Shown piece by piece: positions 1-8,779 of a stretch of DNA of 64,000 nt. Source of the stretch: a virus; IMG/VR virus record IMGVR_UViG_3300030104_007872, positions 14,085 through 78,084 of that record; one strand, written 5' to 3'. Each line of letters starts with the position of its first letter. Position 1 is the stretch's first letter. The position numbers were made by a program, and so were the translations under genes. Below the pieces are notes generated by a model. It was given only the letters and a program-made list of their open reading frames with translations, searched no databases and was not told where the DNA came from.

Positions 1-356
1 AGAAAGACGCAGTTAAGGATGACGAGAGCAAAATCAAGAAGCTAGACAAAGGTGCTCCGTCAGAAAAGAAGAGTGCGGAAAAGAAGGCTTTAAAGAGAGA
101 CATAAAATTTGATAAGGAGTCCAAGAAAAAAATGGAGGCCGAAACCTCCCCCAAGCAAAAGGCGGCGCTTGACAAAAACAAAGATGGCAAAATCACCAAG
201 GAGGACTTTGAAATGCTCCGCAAGGGCAAAAAGAAGGCTGATGGAGGCTATGGCGGTGGCGACATGAAGAAAAAAATGAAGCCTAAAAAAAGCTACGCTC
301 AACTCTTGTTGGATATTGCTGCTGAGAGGTTTGGTAAAAAAAAAGAAGTGAACTAA
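1..356 (+). CDS. 5'-truncated Lys-rich putative internal head protein with an EF-hand-like loop; probably extended by a -1 shift to 553
   Basis: Frame is open from position 3 (KDAVKDDESK...) with no stop before TAA 354-356. DKNKDGKITKED at 171-206 fits an EF-hand loop. Lies immediately upstream of the head genes. Confidence 0.7.
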   Translation, partial: KDAVKDDESKIKKLDKGAPSEKKSAEKKALKRDIKFDKESKKKMEAETSPKQKAALDKNKDGKITKEDFEMLRKGKKKADGGYGGGDMKKKMKPKKSYAQLLLDIAAERFGKKKEVN

Positions 357-553
357 AGGATAGTGATTTCCTTGACCCCAAAAGAAGATCTTTCCCAGTG
401 TTGTCAGCTAGAGATGTAAAAAACGCTGTTAGTAGCTGGGGTCGATATGAGGGGTCAATGACTTTTGAAGAGTTTAAAAGCAAACTTATACGAAGGGCTA
501 AAAAAATAGGAGCAGAAAGTGCTCTACCCAAAAGCTGGATGGACAAAAAATAA
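338..553 (+). CDS. Unannotated -1-frame extension (KKRSELKDSDFLDPKRRSFPVLSARDVKNAVSSWGRY...ALPKSWMDKK), DUF6582-like phage domain
   Basis: Frame opens right after TAA 335-337, inside the A9 run 336-344, and ends at TAA 551-553, which overlaps the ATG of the next gene (TAATG). It has no plausible start codon at its 5' end. Confidence 0.7.
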   Translation, partial: KKRSELKDSDFLDPKRRSFPVLSARDVKNAVSSWGRYEGSMTFEEFKSKLIRRAKKIGAESALPKSWMDKK

Positions 554-2040
554 TGGATTACAAATACACCACTACTTTTGAATCGCCTTTGCTGGCCTGT
601 GAAATTAATGAGTCTTCATTAATATCCAAAGCTTCTTTGCAAAATTTAGCACCGCTTGTTCCCACCGACATTGATTACGATAGCAATATTGATTTGCTCG
701 GCGTGGCCTTTAACGCTGCTGTAGTAAATAAATTTAATCGCAATGGAGACGGGATGGATACAGAAACCGCATTGCGCCATACGAAAAATTTTGTTCATAA
801 GCCCACAAATATTGAACACGATAAACAAAAGGTGGTTGGGCACATAGCTGCCGCTGGATTTAGTGAATTTGGATCTAACGAAATACTATCGGAAGATGCG
901 GTCAAAGACAAAAAGGGTGCATTCAATATCGCTTTGGGAGCGGTTGTTTATAAGTCAGTCAATAAAAATTTTAGCAACCTTATTGAAAAATCTCTTAACC
1001 CTGAGGACCCTTCGTATCAGAAGGTTTCGGCAAGCTGGGAAGTGGGCTTCAGCGACTATGTTCTAGCCTTAGGAAGTGATAGTTTAGAGGAGGCAAGAAT
1101 TGTCTCTGACCCCGATGAAATCCAGCAATTACAAGGGTTTTTGCGGAGTTATGGTGGTTCAGGTAAGACTCAAGATGGCGAGAGTATTTATAGATTAATT
1201 GTGGGTGACATCTACCCACTAGGCATCGCTTACACGCTTAATCCCGCCGCCGATGTGAAGGGTTTATATTCGGATAAAGTTGAGAACTCACATCTTTTTA
1301 TAAATGATAAGCGTGATAAAATTTCACAAAATAATGATTTTAATGTAACTAGAAAAAAGAATACTGCTATGGAAATCGAAAAAATTGTCTCAGAGCTTAA
1401 GGAACTTCTGACGGAAAAGAAATTTTCCAACGAAGCTGTCGCTTCAATGACTGACACTTTCTCTAATGCTATTAGGGAAAGGGACGAGCAATATCGTAAT
1501 GATCTTGCAAGCGCCAAGTCAGAAAAGGAAGCTGTAGAAAAAGAATTTACCGATCTAAAATCTTCGGTAGCCGAACTGGAGGAGAAGCTAGGAACCGCTA
1601 ATGAGCGGATTTCTGGTTTTGAGAACGAAAAGAAGGCTGAAGAAGCTGTTGCTCGATTTAACGAGCGCATGGACGAACTTGATAAAAAGTTCGAACTTGA
1701 TGATCAAGATCGGGAATTTCTTGCCAGAGAACTCAAGGAAGTCGGAGATGAGGAGTCTTACGCCTCTTTTTCTGATAAGTTGACTGTTCTTTGGAAGCAT
1801 AAAGACAAAGAAACTCAGGCGGCTTTCAACGCTGAAATTGAAGCTCGCATTGATGAGGAAGTCGCAAAAAGGCTTAGCAACGCCTCCACTGAACCAGTGG
1901 AAGTTGAGGAAGCTTTGGATGCGGCAGAACAAACTGACGCTGAAATCTCCAACGCTAATGAGGCTGTTTCTTCACAGGAACCATCTCTTAGGGATAAGTT
2001 TAAAGCGGCTTTCAAGCGCGAAAACATTTCAATTTCCTAA
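553..2040 (+). CDS. Prohead protease fused to a C-terminal coiled-coil scaffold
   Basis: N-terminal globular part has NRNGD, P-x-N-I-E-H and VSASWE motifs. The acidic heptad-rich C-terminal ~220 aa begins at an internal Met (1369). Sits upstream of the decoration and capsid genes. Confidence 0.7.
   Translation: MDYKYTTTFESPLLACEINESSLISKASLQNLAPLVPTDIDYDSNIDLLGVAFNAAVVNKFNRNGDGMDTETALRHTKNFVHKPTNIEHDKQKVVGHIAAAGFSEFGSNEILSEDAVKDKKGAFNIALGAVVYKSVNKNFSNLIEKSLNPEDPSYQKVSASWEVGFSDYVLALGSDSLEEARIVSDPDEIQQLQGFLRSYGGSGKTQDGESIYRLIVGDIYPLGIAYTLNPAADVKGLYSDKVENSHLFINDKRDKISQNNDFNVTRKKNTAMEIEKIVSELKELLTEKKFSNEAVASMTDTFSNAIRERDEQYRNDLASAKSEKEAVEKEFTDLKSSVAELEEKLGTANERISGFENEKKAEEAVARFNERMDELDKKFELDDQDREFLARELKEVGDEESYASFSDKLTVLWKHKDKETQAAFNAEIEARIDEEVAKRLSNASTEPVEVEEALDAAEQTDAEISNANEAVSSQEPSLRDKFKAAFKRENISIS
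1320..1348 (+). promoter_or_regulatory. Putative internal late promoter AATTTCA-N17-TGTAA upstream of the nested scaffold start (ATG 1369)
   Basis: Same architecture (AATTTCA-N5-TAAYGATT-N4-TGTAA) as the element upstream of the tail tube gene at 6804-6832 (-). Confidence 0.55.
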
Positions 2041-2073
2041 ACAATCACTTTAATTTAACACAAACATAATATT

Positions 2074-2703
2074 ATGGCTCTTCGAATTTTACCATTCAGA
2101 CAATATGACGACAATGATGTCGTGAACCTCTATGCGATGGAAAACGCTGGGGTGAACGATGCCACTACGGATGCGGGCTCTGGCGATGCTGGAGTTTTCG
2201 TAAACATTCTTGACGGCGACTTCAATAAAGATCCTGTAACATACCAAACGAACTCTTATCTGGGTGACTCCAGCTTTCCGTATCTTGGTTCTACAGAGAT
2301 GTATCCTGAAGTTAACCTCAAAGTTACTCCAGCAGCTTCAGGAACACATCCTCTTGGACTTACCCTGCTTCAGACTGCAAAGAACGACGAAAACGGAGAA
2401 AAACTTCTCTATAACCCAACCAAAGCTACTGAGCTTCAAGCCCTACTTCCAGGGCAAGCAGTTCCAGTTGCCACCAAGGGTATCTTTACTCTTGCAACTG
2501 AGGCTTTTGAAGGCGCAGCTAATCTCTACACCATCGGATCAGGAGTAAGAATTTCTGATCAGGGTGGAGGAAAAATCACTGGCTGTCACCATCACCACCA
2601 CGGACATATTGGCCATGTTCTTGGAACTGGTTCGCGGACCTCTGAGGGGCCAACCACGGATCAATTCGCTGGAGATTATCTAGTTATTGGTTTAAAAATC
2701 TAA
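2074..2703 (+). CDS. Putative capsid decoration/cement protein with a His-rich loop
   Basis: 209 aa, Gly/Thr/Asp-rich beta-type protein between scaffold and capsid genes; contains CHHHHHGHIGH. Confidence 0.55.
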   Translation: MALRILPFRQYDDNDVVNLYAMENAGVNDATTDAGSGDAGVFVNILDGDFNKDPVTYQTNSYLGDSSFPYLGSTEMYPEVNLKVTPAASGTHPLGLTLLQTAKNDENGEKLLYNPTKATELQALLPGQAVPVATKGIFTLATEAFEGAANLYTIGSGVRISDQGGGKITGCHHHHHGHIGHVLGTGSRTSEGPTTDQFAGDYLVIGLKI

Positions 2704-2735
2704 TTCAACTCTTCCTTAAGAAAGGCTCAATCAAA

Positions 2736-3875
2736 ATGAAAATTACTTTAAAAAGAACTCCAGAACAAGTCGAGCTTATCAAAGCTATGGCTTCACGCAA
2801 CCGTAATGTTGCGTATGAGGCGCAGGTTGCACTTGCTGAATTTATCGGACCCGTGTTGGCCGAGGTTCTCAATCAAGCTCCAACAGTGAGCAATCTGTTC
2901 CAGTCTCTTCAATTCAATGCAGACGACAACCCAAGCATTCCGCTGGATCTCTACTACAACATTTCCGATGAGGATTATGTTAACGTATGGAGCCAGAGTC
3001 ACGCTGGCGGTCTTCCTCAGAACCAAGTCCTTCCGACTGCTTCTGAGTTGAAGCTTGCTACTTACAGCCTTGACGCTGCGGTAAGCTTTGATCGTCGCTA
3101 TGCGGCCAAAAGCCGTATGGATGTAGTCAGCAAGACATTCACTCGTGTTGCACAAGAGATTCTCCTCAAGCAGGAGAGGACTTCCGCAACATTGCTGATG
3201 ACTGCTCTCGCTAACGCTTCAACAACAGTTAATTCTATCGCTCACAAGCACGTTCAACTCTCAAATGTTAACGACCGCTTTGTGTTGGCCGACCTGAATG
3301 AATTGCTTACTCTTGCCAAGAGGATTAACACCTCATGGGTTGGCGGAACGCCAACCGAGCGCAGGAAGGGTATTACCGACCTGATCGTTTCTCCTGAAGT
3401 TGTTCAGGAGCTTCGCGCAATGGCCTACAATCCTATCAACACCGCAGCCGCCCCAATGGCATCTGCTCTTAAGGATAGTATTCCAGCTACCGATGAAATC
3501 AGAAATGCCGTTTATAATAACGCAGGTCTTCCTGAGTTTTACGGTGTTTCCATCATGGAAATCAACGAGTTGGGAACTGGTCAAAAGTTCAACACGATCT
3601 TTGATACTGCCGCTGGCAGCACTGAGTATTCGGCTGCTGATGGCGCTCGTAAGTCCCAGTTTACTGGAGCTACGAATCAAATCCTCGTGGGTGTGGATCG
3701 CACACGCGACTCCCTCATCCGTGCAGTAGCAACCGATGCTGAGAATGGCAGTGAGATGAATCTCATCGCTGACGACCAGTATAGTATTCGCCAAAATAAG
3801 ATTGGCTACTTCGGTTCCATGGAAGAAGGCCGTGTGGTTCTTGATAACCGCGCCCTTGTTGGTAAGATCGTATAA
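2736..3875 (+). CDS. Major capsid protein (HK97 fold)
   Basis: 379 aa, follows protease-scaffold and decoration genes, and is followed by a strong terminator. Segments such as DLIVSPE and PEFYGVSIME resemble HK97-fold P/A-domain motifs. Confidence 0.8.
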   Translation: MKITLKRTPEQVELIKAMASRNRNVAYEAQVALAEFIGPVLAEVLNQAPTVSNLFQSLQFNADDNPSIPLDLYYNISDEDYVNVWSQSHAGGLPQNQVLPTASELKLATYSLDAAVSFDRRYAAKSRMDVVSKTFTRVAQEILLKQERTSATLLMTALANASTTVNSIAHKHVQLSNVNDRFVLADLNELLTLAKRINTSWVGGTPTERRKGITDLIVSPEVVQELRAMAYNPINTAAAPMASALKDSIPATDEIRNAVYNNAGLPEFYGVSIMEINELGTGQKFNTIFDTAAGSTEYSAADGARKSQFTGATNQILVGVDRTRDSLIRAVATDAENGSEMNLIADDQYSIRQNKIGYFGSMEEGRVVLDNRALVGKIV

Positions 3876-3897
3876 TCAATCTAACCTACCCCACAAG

Positions 3898-3931
3898 AGG
3901 GTCGCTCCGAAAGGAGCGGCCCTTTTTTTTT
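3898..3931 (+). terminator. Intrinsic terminator after the major capsid gene
   Basis: AGGGTCGCTCC-GAAA-GGAGCGGCCCT stem-loop followed by a T tract. Confidence 0.9.
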
Positions 3932-3963
3932 GTAATTTACTTTTCCTGTGTATATAATAGTAT

Positions 3964-4434
3964 ATGGCAAAGAAAAAGACAGGTAAGAAAAAGACCGCTA
4001 AAAGCAAGGGTGAGCTTCCTTTTGAGGAGGTAACCACGGGCCAAGAACAACCCAAGAAAAAGGGTATCTTGGAAGAAATTGAGGAAATGAAGGCTAGCGG
4101 TAACACAAAGAGCGAGGAATTCAAAAACAAGATAAAGGAGCTAGAGGTTATCTTGGGCGTTGATGAAGTGAATCCGTTTGGCACTAATGAGCTTGACATC
4201 TTCGAAGACAACTTGAGGGAAATGAATGTGACCGACATGATGAGACTTGCTCAAAAAGTTGGCCTCAATCCCCATCAAGAAAGAACTCGACTCAAGAAGA
4301 ATCTCATTAATGAATTTAAGGGTTACAACCGCAATAACCGCAGGAATATCGCGCCAAATATGAGCAAGACTATTGAGCTTGACCCAAACAACCCACAACA
4401 CGCTGAAACTATTAAAATTCTACGAGAATTCTAA
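3964..4434 (+). CDS. Hypothetical phage protein
   Basis: 156-aa ORF with a Lys-rich N-terminus; GTGTAT motif 16 nt upstream. Confidence 0.7.
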   Translation: MAKKKTGKKKTAKSKGELPFEEVTTGQEQPKKKGILEEIEEMKASGNTKSEEFKNKIKELEVILGVDEVNPFGTNELDIFEDNLREMNVTDMMRLAQKVGLNPHQERTRLKKNLINEFKGYNRNNRRNIAPNMSKTIELDPNNPQHAETIKILREF

Positions 4435-4454
4435 TAATTGGTGTAATAGTTGGT

Positions 4455-4940
4455 ATGGCGTTAACTGCATTAGGTGAATTAGCTTCGGGAATTCTAAATA
4501 CTGAATTTGATGATAATACTGGAATCGCTACGACAGGAGCGATTAGTGGATGGCTATTCGAAAACCTTGGGCGATTAAATACTTGGATTTATACTGATTT
4601 CAGCGGACAGGATGCAACTGGCTCTTCAGCAGGAGCATTCAACATTGAGGCGCAGAACATCCATAAAGAATTATATCTTTATCACTACTACAACAAGGAG
4701 GCCAGAAACGCCCTCAGGGGAATCATTCACTCCAATGTGAGTGGAGATAATATTTTATCCTTAAAGGACGGAGAAAGCTCTGTAACGTTCGTTAACAGGA
4801 ATGAGGTGTCCAAAGTCTATAAGGGGCTTGCAAGCGATTCTATGGCGAATGTGGAGCGACTAGCGGCACAATACAACATATATCAGGCTGAGCCTAGACA
4901 ATTAGGTGGCGTTGACGGTGACACGGGCTATCTCTACTGA
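4455..4940 (+). CDS. Putative head-tail adaptor/connector
   Basis: 161-aa helical protein downstream of the capsid gene with a beta-hairpin-like SLKDGESSVTF; GTGTAA at 4441. Confidence 0.5.
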   Translation: MALTALGELASGILNTEFDDNTGIATTGAISGWLFENLGRLNTWIYTDFSGQDATGSSAGAFNIEAQNIHKELYLYHYYNKEARNALRGIIHSNVSGDNILSLKDGESSVTFVNRNEVSKVYKGLASDSMANVERLAAQYNIYQAEPRQLGGVDGDTGYLY

Positions 4941-5260
4941 GAGGTGGACTTATGACCGTTATACAACTTTTCCATGATTTTCTCCACGTCGAGTTCCAGC
5001 ATCGAAATTTTTAAATTTTGTTTTACGTCGTCTGGGAGGCTTCCACTCCCCCATTTGCCCGCAGGCCAATCGCGTACAAAAATTGCGTGTTTCTCGACAT
5101 CCTTTCCAATCATTTGGATTTGGAAATCGTTATGCTGAACTGAGCTTTGCAAGTTCGATGCCCACCAAACAATACCCGCAGCCTGAACGGCTAGACCAAT
5201 TCCAAGAGAGATGAAGAACTTGCTGTCTACGGCGCGTTCTTTCCTTGCGTTATGGCTCAT
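4934..5260 (-). CDS. Small membrane-anchored coiled-coil protein
   Basis: Hydrophobic segment FFISLGIGLAVQAAGIVWWA followed by a heptad region. Confidence 0.6.
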   Translation of the reverse strand: MSHNARKERAVDSKFFISLGIGLAVQAAGIVWWASNLQSSVQHNDFQIQMIGKDVEKHAIFVRDWPAGKWGSGSLPDDVKQNLKISMLELDVEKIMEKLYNGHKSTSQ

Positions 5261-5263
5261 GGC

Positions 5264-5488
5264 TTAGCCCTGTATGCCATCAAATAGTCGGGCAGCTTCA
5301 CTCACAAGTCTCATCTTGCTTTCGTATGGTAAGCCTAGATCGGAGGCATATTTTTTAGCCTCAGCGTCATTCATAGCGAGTATTTTATACTTGAGACTCT
5401 TAGTTCCCTTTATATCGCCCCAATCTATACCTGTATTAACTTTCTTAGGTTTTTCCTTTTGAACGGGTTTCTTATCTTCGTCATTCAT
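5264..5488 (-). CDS. Hypothetical protein (start revised to MNDEDKK at 5488)
   Basis: The longer ORF call runs through a terminator; a GTGTAA motif (5500-5505, minus strand) lies 17 nt upstream of ATG 5488. Confidence 0.6.
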   Translation of the reverse strand: MNDEDKKPVQKEKPKKVNTGIDWGDIKGTKSLKYKILAMNDAEAKKYASDLGLPYESKMRLVSEAARLFDGIQG

Positions 5489-5505
5489 AACATTTACTAT
5501 TACAC

Positions 5506-5535
5506 AAAAAACCCCGCTTGTGCAGCGGGGTTTTT
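5506..5535 (-). terminator. Intrinsic (potentially bidirectional) terminator after the tail tube gene
   Basis: A6-CCCCGCT-TGTGC-AGCGGGG-T5. Confidence 0.85.
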
Positions 5536-5563
5536 CATTTTTTGGTTGATTTAACAAGGACTA

Positions 5564-6781
5564 TTAATCCATTCCGCCAGCATCAGTATCGTAGGTATTG
5601 ACCGCAAGAGGATATATTGGCTGATTGCCTGACAAAACTCCCGTATATACTGTGCAGAAAATACCGTGGTCGGTATCGGCAACACCACCGATTTGAGTTG
5701 TAAATGTCAGATCCACCGACTTGTTAGCTCCTATGCTTGAAGAGGTGTTCTGACTGTCCATTGTGCAGTTCTTAAGAAGAAACTCATATGCGTTCGTGTC
5801 ATCCGCCCTGTTTATTTGCAGCGTTACATCCTTCTCCAAGTTCTTGTCAATGATGTCGGCAAGCACGAAAGCATTTTCGTCGTTTACGAGAGCACTCACG
5901 GAAAGTGATGCCACAATTGGGAAATCCACAGTTCTTGCATATGCGAACCTGCTCCCAAGTCTGTCGAGAGGCGTTCTGGAAAGTGGAACTGACAGAGAGG
6001 CGCTTTGAATGTGCGCTCCAGTCGCGCCTCCAAGTGCAATGTTGGTTGACTCTTGGGCTCCTTGCAACTCAAGAGTAATATCTCCTGGGCGTAGGGCCAG
6101 AGTTTGAGCATCGGTCACTTTCCTATCCGCAGCCGAAGGCGCTCCACTTTGGGCGTAAGGAACTTGACACAGCGCATCATATGATGTCCCCTCCTCTTGG
6201 TTCACACCTGGACTATCTATGCTCATATAACCACCCGTGGCTACTGAGTCTACATTGACATCCGAAATTACGTTAGATCCCTCACAGGTTACAGAAACAG
6301 TTGGAATCGAGCCCACAGAACAATCAAATGTATAGTCGCTGACATACATGTTGCCAAGACCAAGGAATGTTCCAGTTTTCTTATCGGCGGCATCCTGACC
6401 TTCATTAACCGTAAGGATAAAGAAGTTAGAGCCTGAAGTTGCTGTTTGGTGACCAGAAGTGAAACTACCACTCATGTTAGCAGTGGAAGCGGAGCCTGCA
6501 TTATTTTTGCCAGTAATGACATAAAAGTTTAAAGCCTTTTCATTAAAACCATCTGTTGGATAATAAGTGAAATCCAAGCTAACGGTGGGCGCGTCAATAA
6601 CCTCCGTACCGATACGGGCCAGTTCGCCATATTGGTTAACGTCTGTGCGAGAAAGGTTAAAGCCATAGTTGGCGCTTTGAACCCTCTGTAGTTGAACGTG
6701 GTCGCCACTTGTTGTGGACGCTGCATTAAAACTACAGTAGAGGGCTTCGGACTGGTAAATTACTCTGTTTCTTGATGCCAT
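5564..6781 (-). CDS. Major tail (tube) protein with an internally duplicated tube domain
   Basis: 405 aa, Ser/Thr/Gly-rich beta protein. Its two halves share motifs (RVQSANYGFNLSRTDVNQYG / HIQSASLSVPLSRTPLDRLG). It has its own promoter-like element and terminator. Confidence 0.7.
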   Translation of the reverse strand: MASRNRVIYQSEALYCSFNAASTTSGDHVQLQRVQSANYGFNLSRTDVNQYGELARIGTEVIDAPTVSLDFTYYPTDGFNEKALNFYVITGKNNAGSASTANMSGSFTSGHQTATSGSNFFILTVNEGQDAADKKTGTFLGLGNMYVSDYTFDCSVGSIPTVSVTCEGSNVISDVNVDSVATGGYMSIDSPGVNQEEGTSYDALCQVPYAQSGAPSAADRKVTDAQTLALRPGDITLELQGAQESTNIALGGATGAHIQSASLSVPLSRTPLDRLGSRFAYARTVDFPIVASLSVSALVNDENAFVLADIIDKNLEKDVTLQINRADDTNAYEFLLKNCTMDSQNTSSSIGANKSVDLTFTTQIGGVADTDHGIFCTVYTGVLSGNQPIYPLAVNTYDTDAGGMD

Positions 6782-6803
6782 AATAAAAAGATCTTTATTT
6801 TGT

Positions 6804-6832
6804 TTACAGTTTAATCGTTAAAATATGAAATT
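6804..6832 (-). promoter_or_regulatory. Putative late promoter AATTTCA-N17-TGTAA for the tail tube gene
   Basis: Minus strand reads AATTTCA TATTT TAACGATT AAAC TGTAA, matching 1320-1348. Confidence 0.55.
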
Positions 6833-6837
6833 CAGTA

Positions 6838-7692
6838 TTAGTTTTCAAAGCGATATCTGTGTTGTTGTATGTCGAAATCTATGAAGCCAACATAAAGATC
6901 GTTAGCCAAGCTTTTCCGAACTCTATCGCTTAACTTAGAGGTCTTAGCGCTTTCCACATAAAACATTGTGTTGCCCCCTTGAAATTCGTTTTTTAGCCCC
7001 GTATAATTATAGCTGCCATCTTTTAAATCACCTAATTCTGTTATGGGGTATCCAGTAAACGGGATGTTGCCTATAACCTCATCCACAGAATCCGCAAAAA
7101 TAGATAGCACCCCATCTAGTTGGTAGGGGTCTTCAGCAAGAACCACCGCTTTAACCATAACCTCAGTTTGTTGCAGGCCACCAAATGCATAAGGCTTATT
7201 TTGAGTGTCCGCTGCGGCAAGAAAAATAGCGGGAACCACATCATCATAAGGCGCGATGTAATCATAATTTGCTGATGGTAGTCTGGAATTAACCTTATAT
7301 TTATTTTCTACCACCAAATCCTCCTCGGTATCATTGGTGAAATAGATGTTAAAATCCTTAACTGCAAAACTACCAGTTACCGCCGCACCTGTGGGCGCCC
7401 CAGATGCCAACACTCTCCCATTATCAAAATCTAATACAACGCCATCGTTTCTACCCGAAAATCCACCATTAATGAAAACGCCAGTGGGAATGTTTGCCCC
7501 TGTTATTGAAGAGTCTGCAACCCATTGTTTATATGGACTTCCAAAAACCGTGTAGGTTGAATCTATTCGGGGGTCGTCGTAGTAAAAAAAATCTCCCGTT
7601 TTATCTGAATAAGCCTCACCTTTGGTGGTGAGAAAATTATCAAACCACAAAAAGAAAGAGGTTGTTAATCTATGTTGGAACTGTTCAATCAT
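6838..7692 (-). CDS. Putative tail terminator/neck protein
   Basis: Directly upstream of the tube gene in the same operon; VPAIF...PYAFGG motif; assignment mainly positional. Confidence 0.45.
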   Translation of the reverse strand: MIEQFQHRLTTSFFLWFDNFLTTKGEAYSDKTGDFFYYDDPRIDSTYTVFGSPYKQWVADSSITGANIPTGVFINGGFSGRNDGVVLDFDNGRVLASGAPTGAAVTGSFAVKDFNIYFTNDTEEDLVVENKYKVNSRLPSANYDYIAPYDDVVPAIFLAAADTQNKPYAFGGLQQTEVMVKAVVLAEDPYQLDGVLSIFADSVDEVIGNIPFTGYPITELGDLKDGSYNYTGLKNEFQGGNTMFYVESAKTSKLSDRVRKSLANDLYVGFIDFDIQQHRYRFEN

Positions 7693-8270
7693 TTGAGTTC
7701 TTCGAAACGTTGAGTGTATTTCTTAATAAGCGCGGAAATGTAAGGAGTGTTGCTAAATCTTCCACCCCTTACCTTTACACGGCTTTGAATCGCTGCGCCC
7801 GATCTACCTTTATTTTTTCGCAAAAGGTAGCCCAATCCCGAAATCCCGCGCTCTATTCCTTGAGCCCAACTTCTTCCAAATGCCCAAGGCAACGGCGTAA
7901 TGGCAAAGATATCTTCAGCAGTTGGTATACTAACCTGAAAGTTGTTGCCTATTCCTCCTTGTGTAATTGGCGCTATATATCTAATCTCTGTTGCTTCAAG
8001 GAGTGAAAGTATCGGCATTATGGGTTCGTCGCCACTATCAAAACCAATAAAAGCAAATAAGTTGGTTACCCCATTCAGGGTTCCGCTGATATTTGTTCCA
8101 CTAGGGCCGCTTTTGATTTCTTGCGTCACAGGATGACCTAAGAATTCAGCTATCATCTCCTTTTTAATTCTTTTAAATTTTTCAGAGATCTCTTTTTCAA
8201 AGGGTTTTCTTAAAAGCTTGGGTGTTTGCCGCTTTAGAGCCCTTCTAACGTCTTGTGGTAATGTGGCCAT
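7689..8270 (-). CDS. Putative tail completion/neck protein (HK97 gp10-like position)
   Basis: Basic 193-aa protein, translationally coupled within the neck block. Confidence 0.4.
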   Translation of the reverse strand: MATLPQDVRRALKRQTPKLLRKPFEKEISEKFKRIKKEMIAEFLGHPVTQEIKSGPSGTNISGTLNGVTNLFAFIGFDSGDEPIMPILSLLEATEIRYIAPITQGGIGNNFQVSIPTAEDIFAITPLPWAFGRSWAQGIERGISGLGYLLRKNKGRSGAAIQSRVKVRGGRFSNTPYISALIKKYTQRFEELK

Positions 8271-8734
8271 TAATCGTCGATGGGGGTAAGCAGGAACGTA
8301 AAAAATTGATTATCAAACAAACCCGAGGGATTGCCATCGCTTTTTATTGAAAATTTTCGCCCGTCGAATTCGACCCTTCGAGCTTCCCTGATGTAATCAT
8401 AAGCGCTTTCCTGCACTACAATTTTTACAGAACCAGCAGGAAGAATAATCTTGTTTTGTGAACCGCCCTGTTCCCCTGGGTCTGAAATATACTCTTTTTC
8501 TAAATCCTGATAATATATTCTAGCGGTAAAACTGCTAGATACCGTTGAGTATTCCACTGAGGTATTTGATCCTGTATTAGTGCGCTTATACAGGGCGTTC
8601 CATGATGGTGTTGAAGCTATTAAGGTTTTTTTAGCATTTTTATAAACTGTAATACTTTGTGCAAACGTGTCGTGTAAAATTGTAGCCAAATCCTTAATTT
8701 TGGTTACTTGTTCTGGTTTTAAAAATCCCGCCAT
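8270..8734 (-). CDS. Putative head-closure (stopper) protein
   Basis: 154-aa beta-rich protein with C-terminal RVEFDGRKFSI, resembling SPP1 gp16-like stoppers; GTGTAA 14 nt upstream. Confidence 0.5.
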   Translation of the reverse strand: MAGFLKPEQVTKIKDLATILHDTFAQSITVYKNAKKTLIASTPSWNALYKRTNTGSNTSVEYSTVSSSFTARIYYQDLEKEYISDPGEQGGSQNKIILPAGSVKIVVQESAYDYIREARRVEFDGRKFSIKSDGNPSGLFDNQFFTFLLTPIDD

Positions 8735-8779
8735 ATTGATTTTTACACTTTTATTTATATAATAAGATAGGATTAAGGC

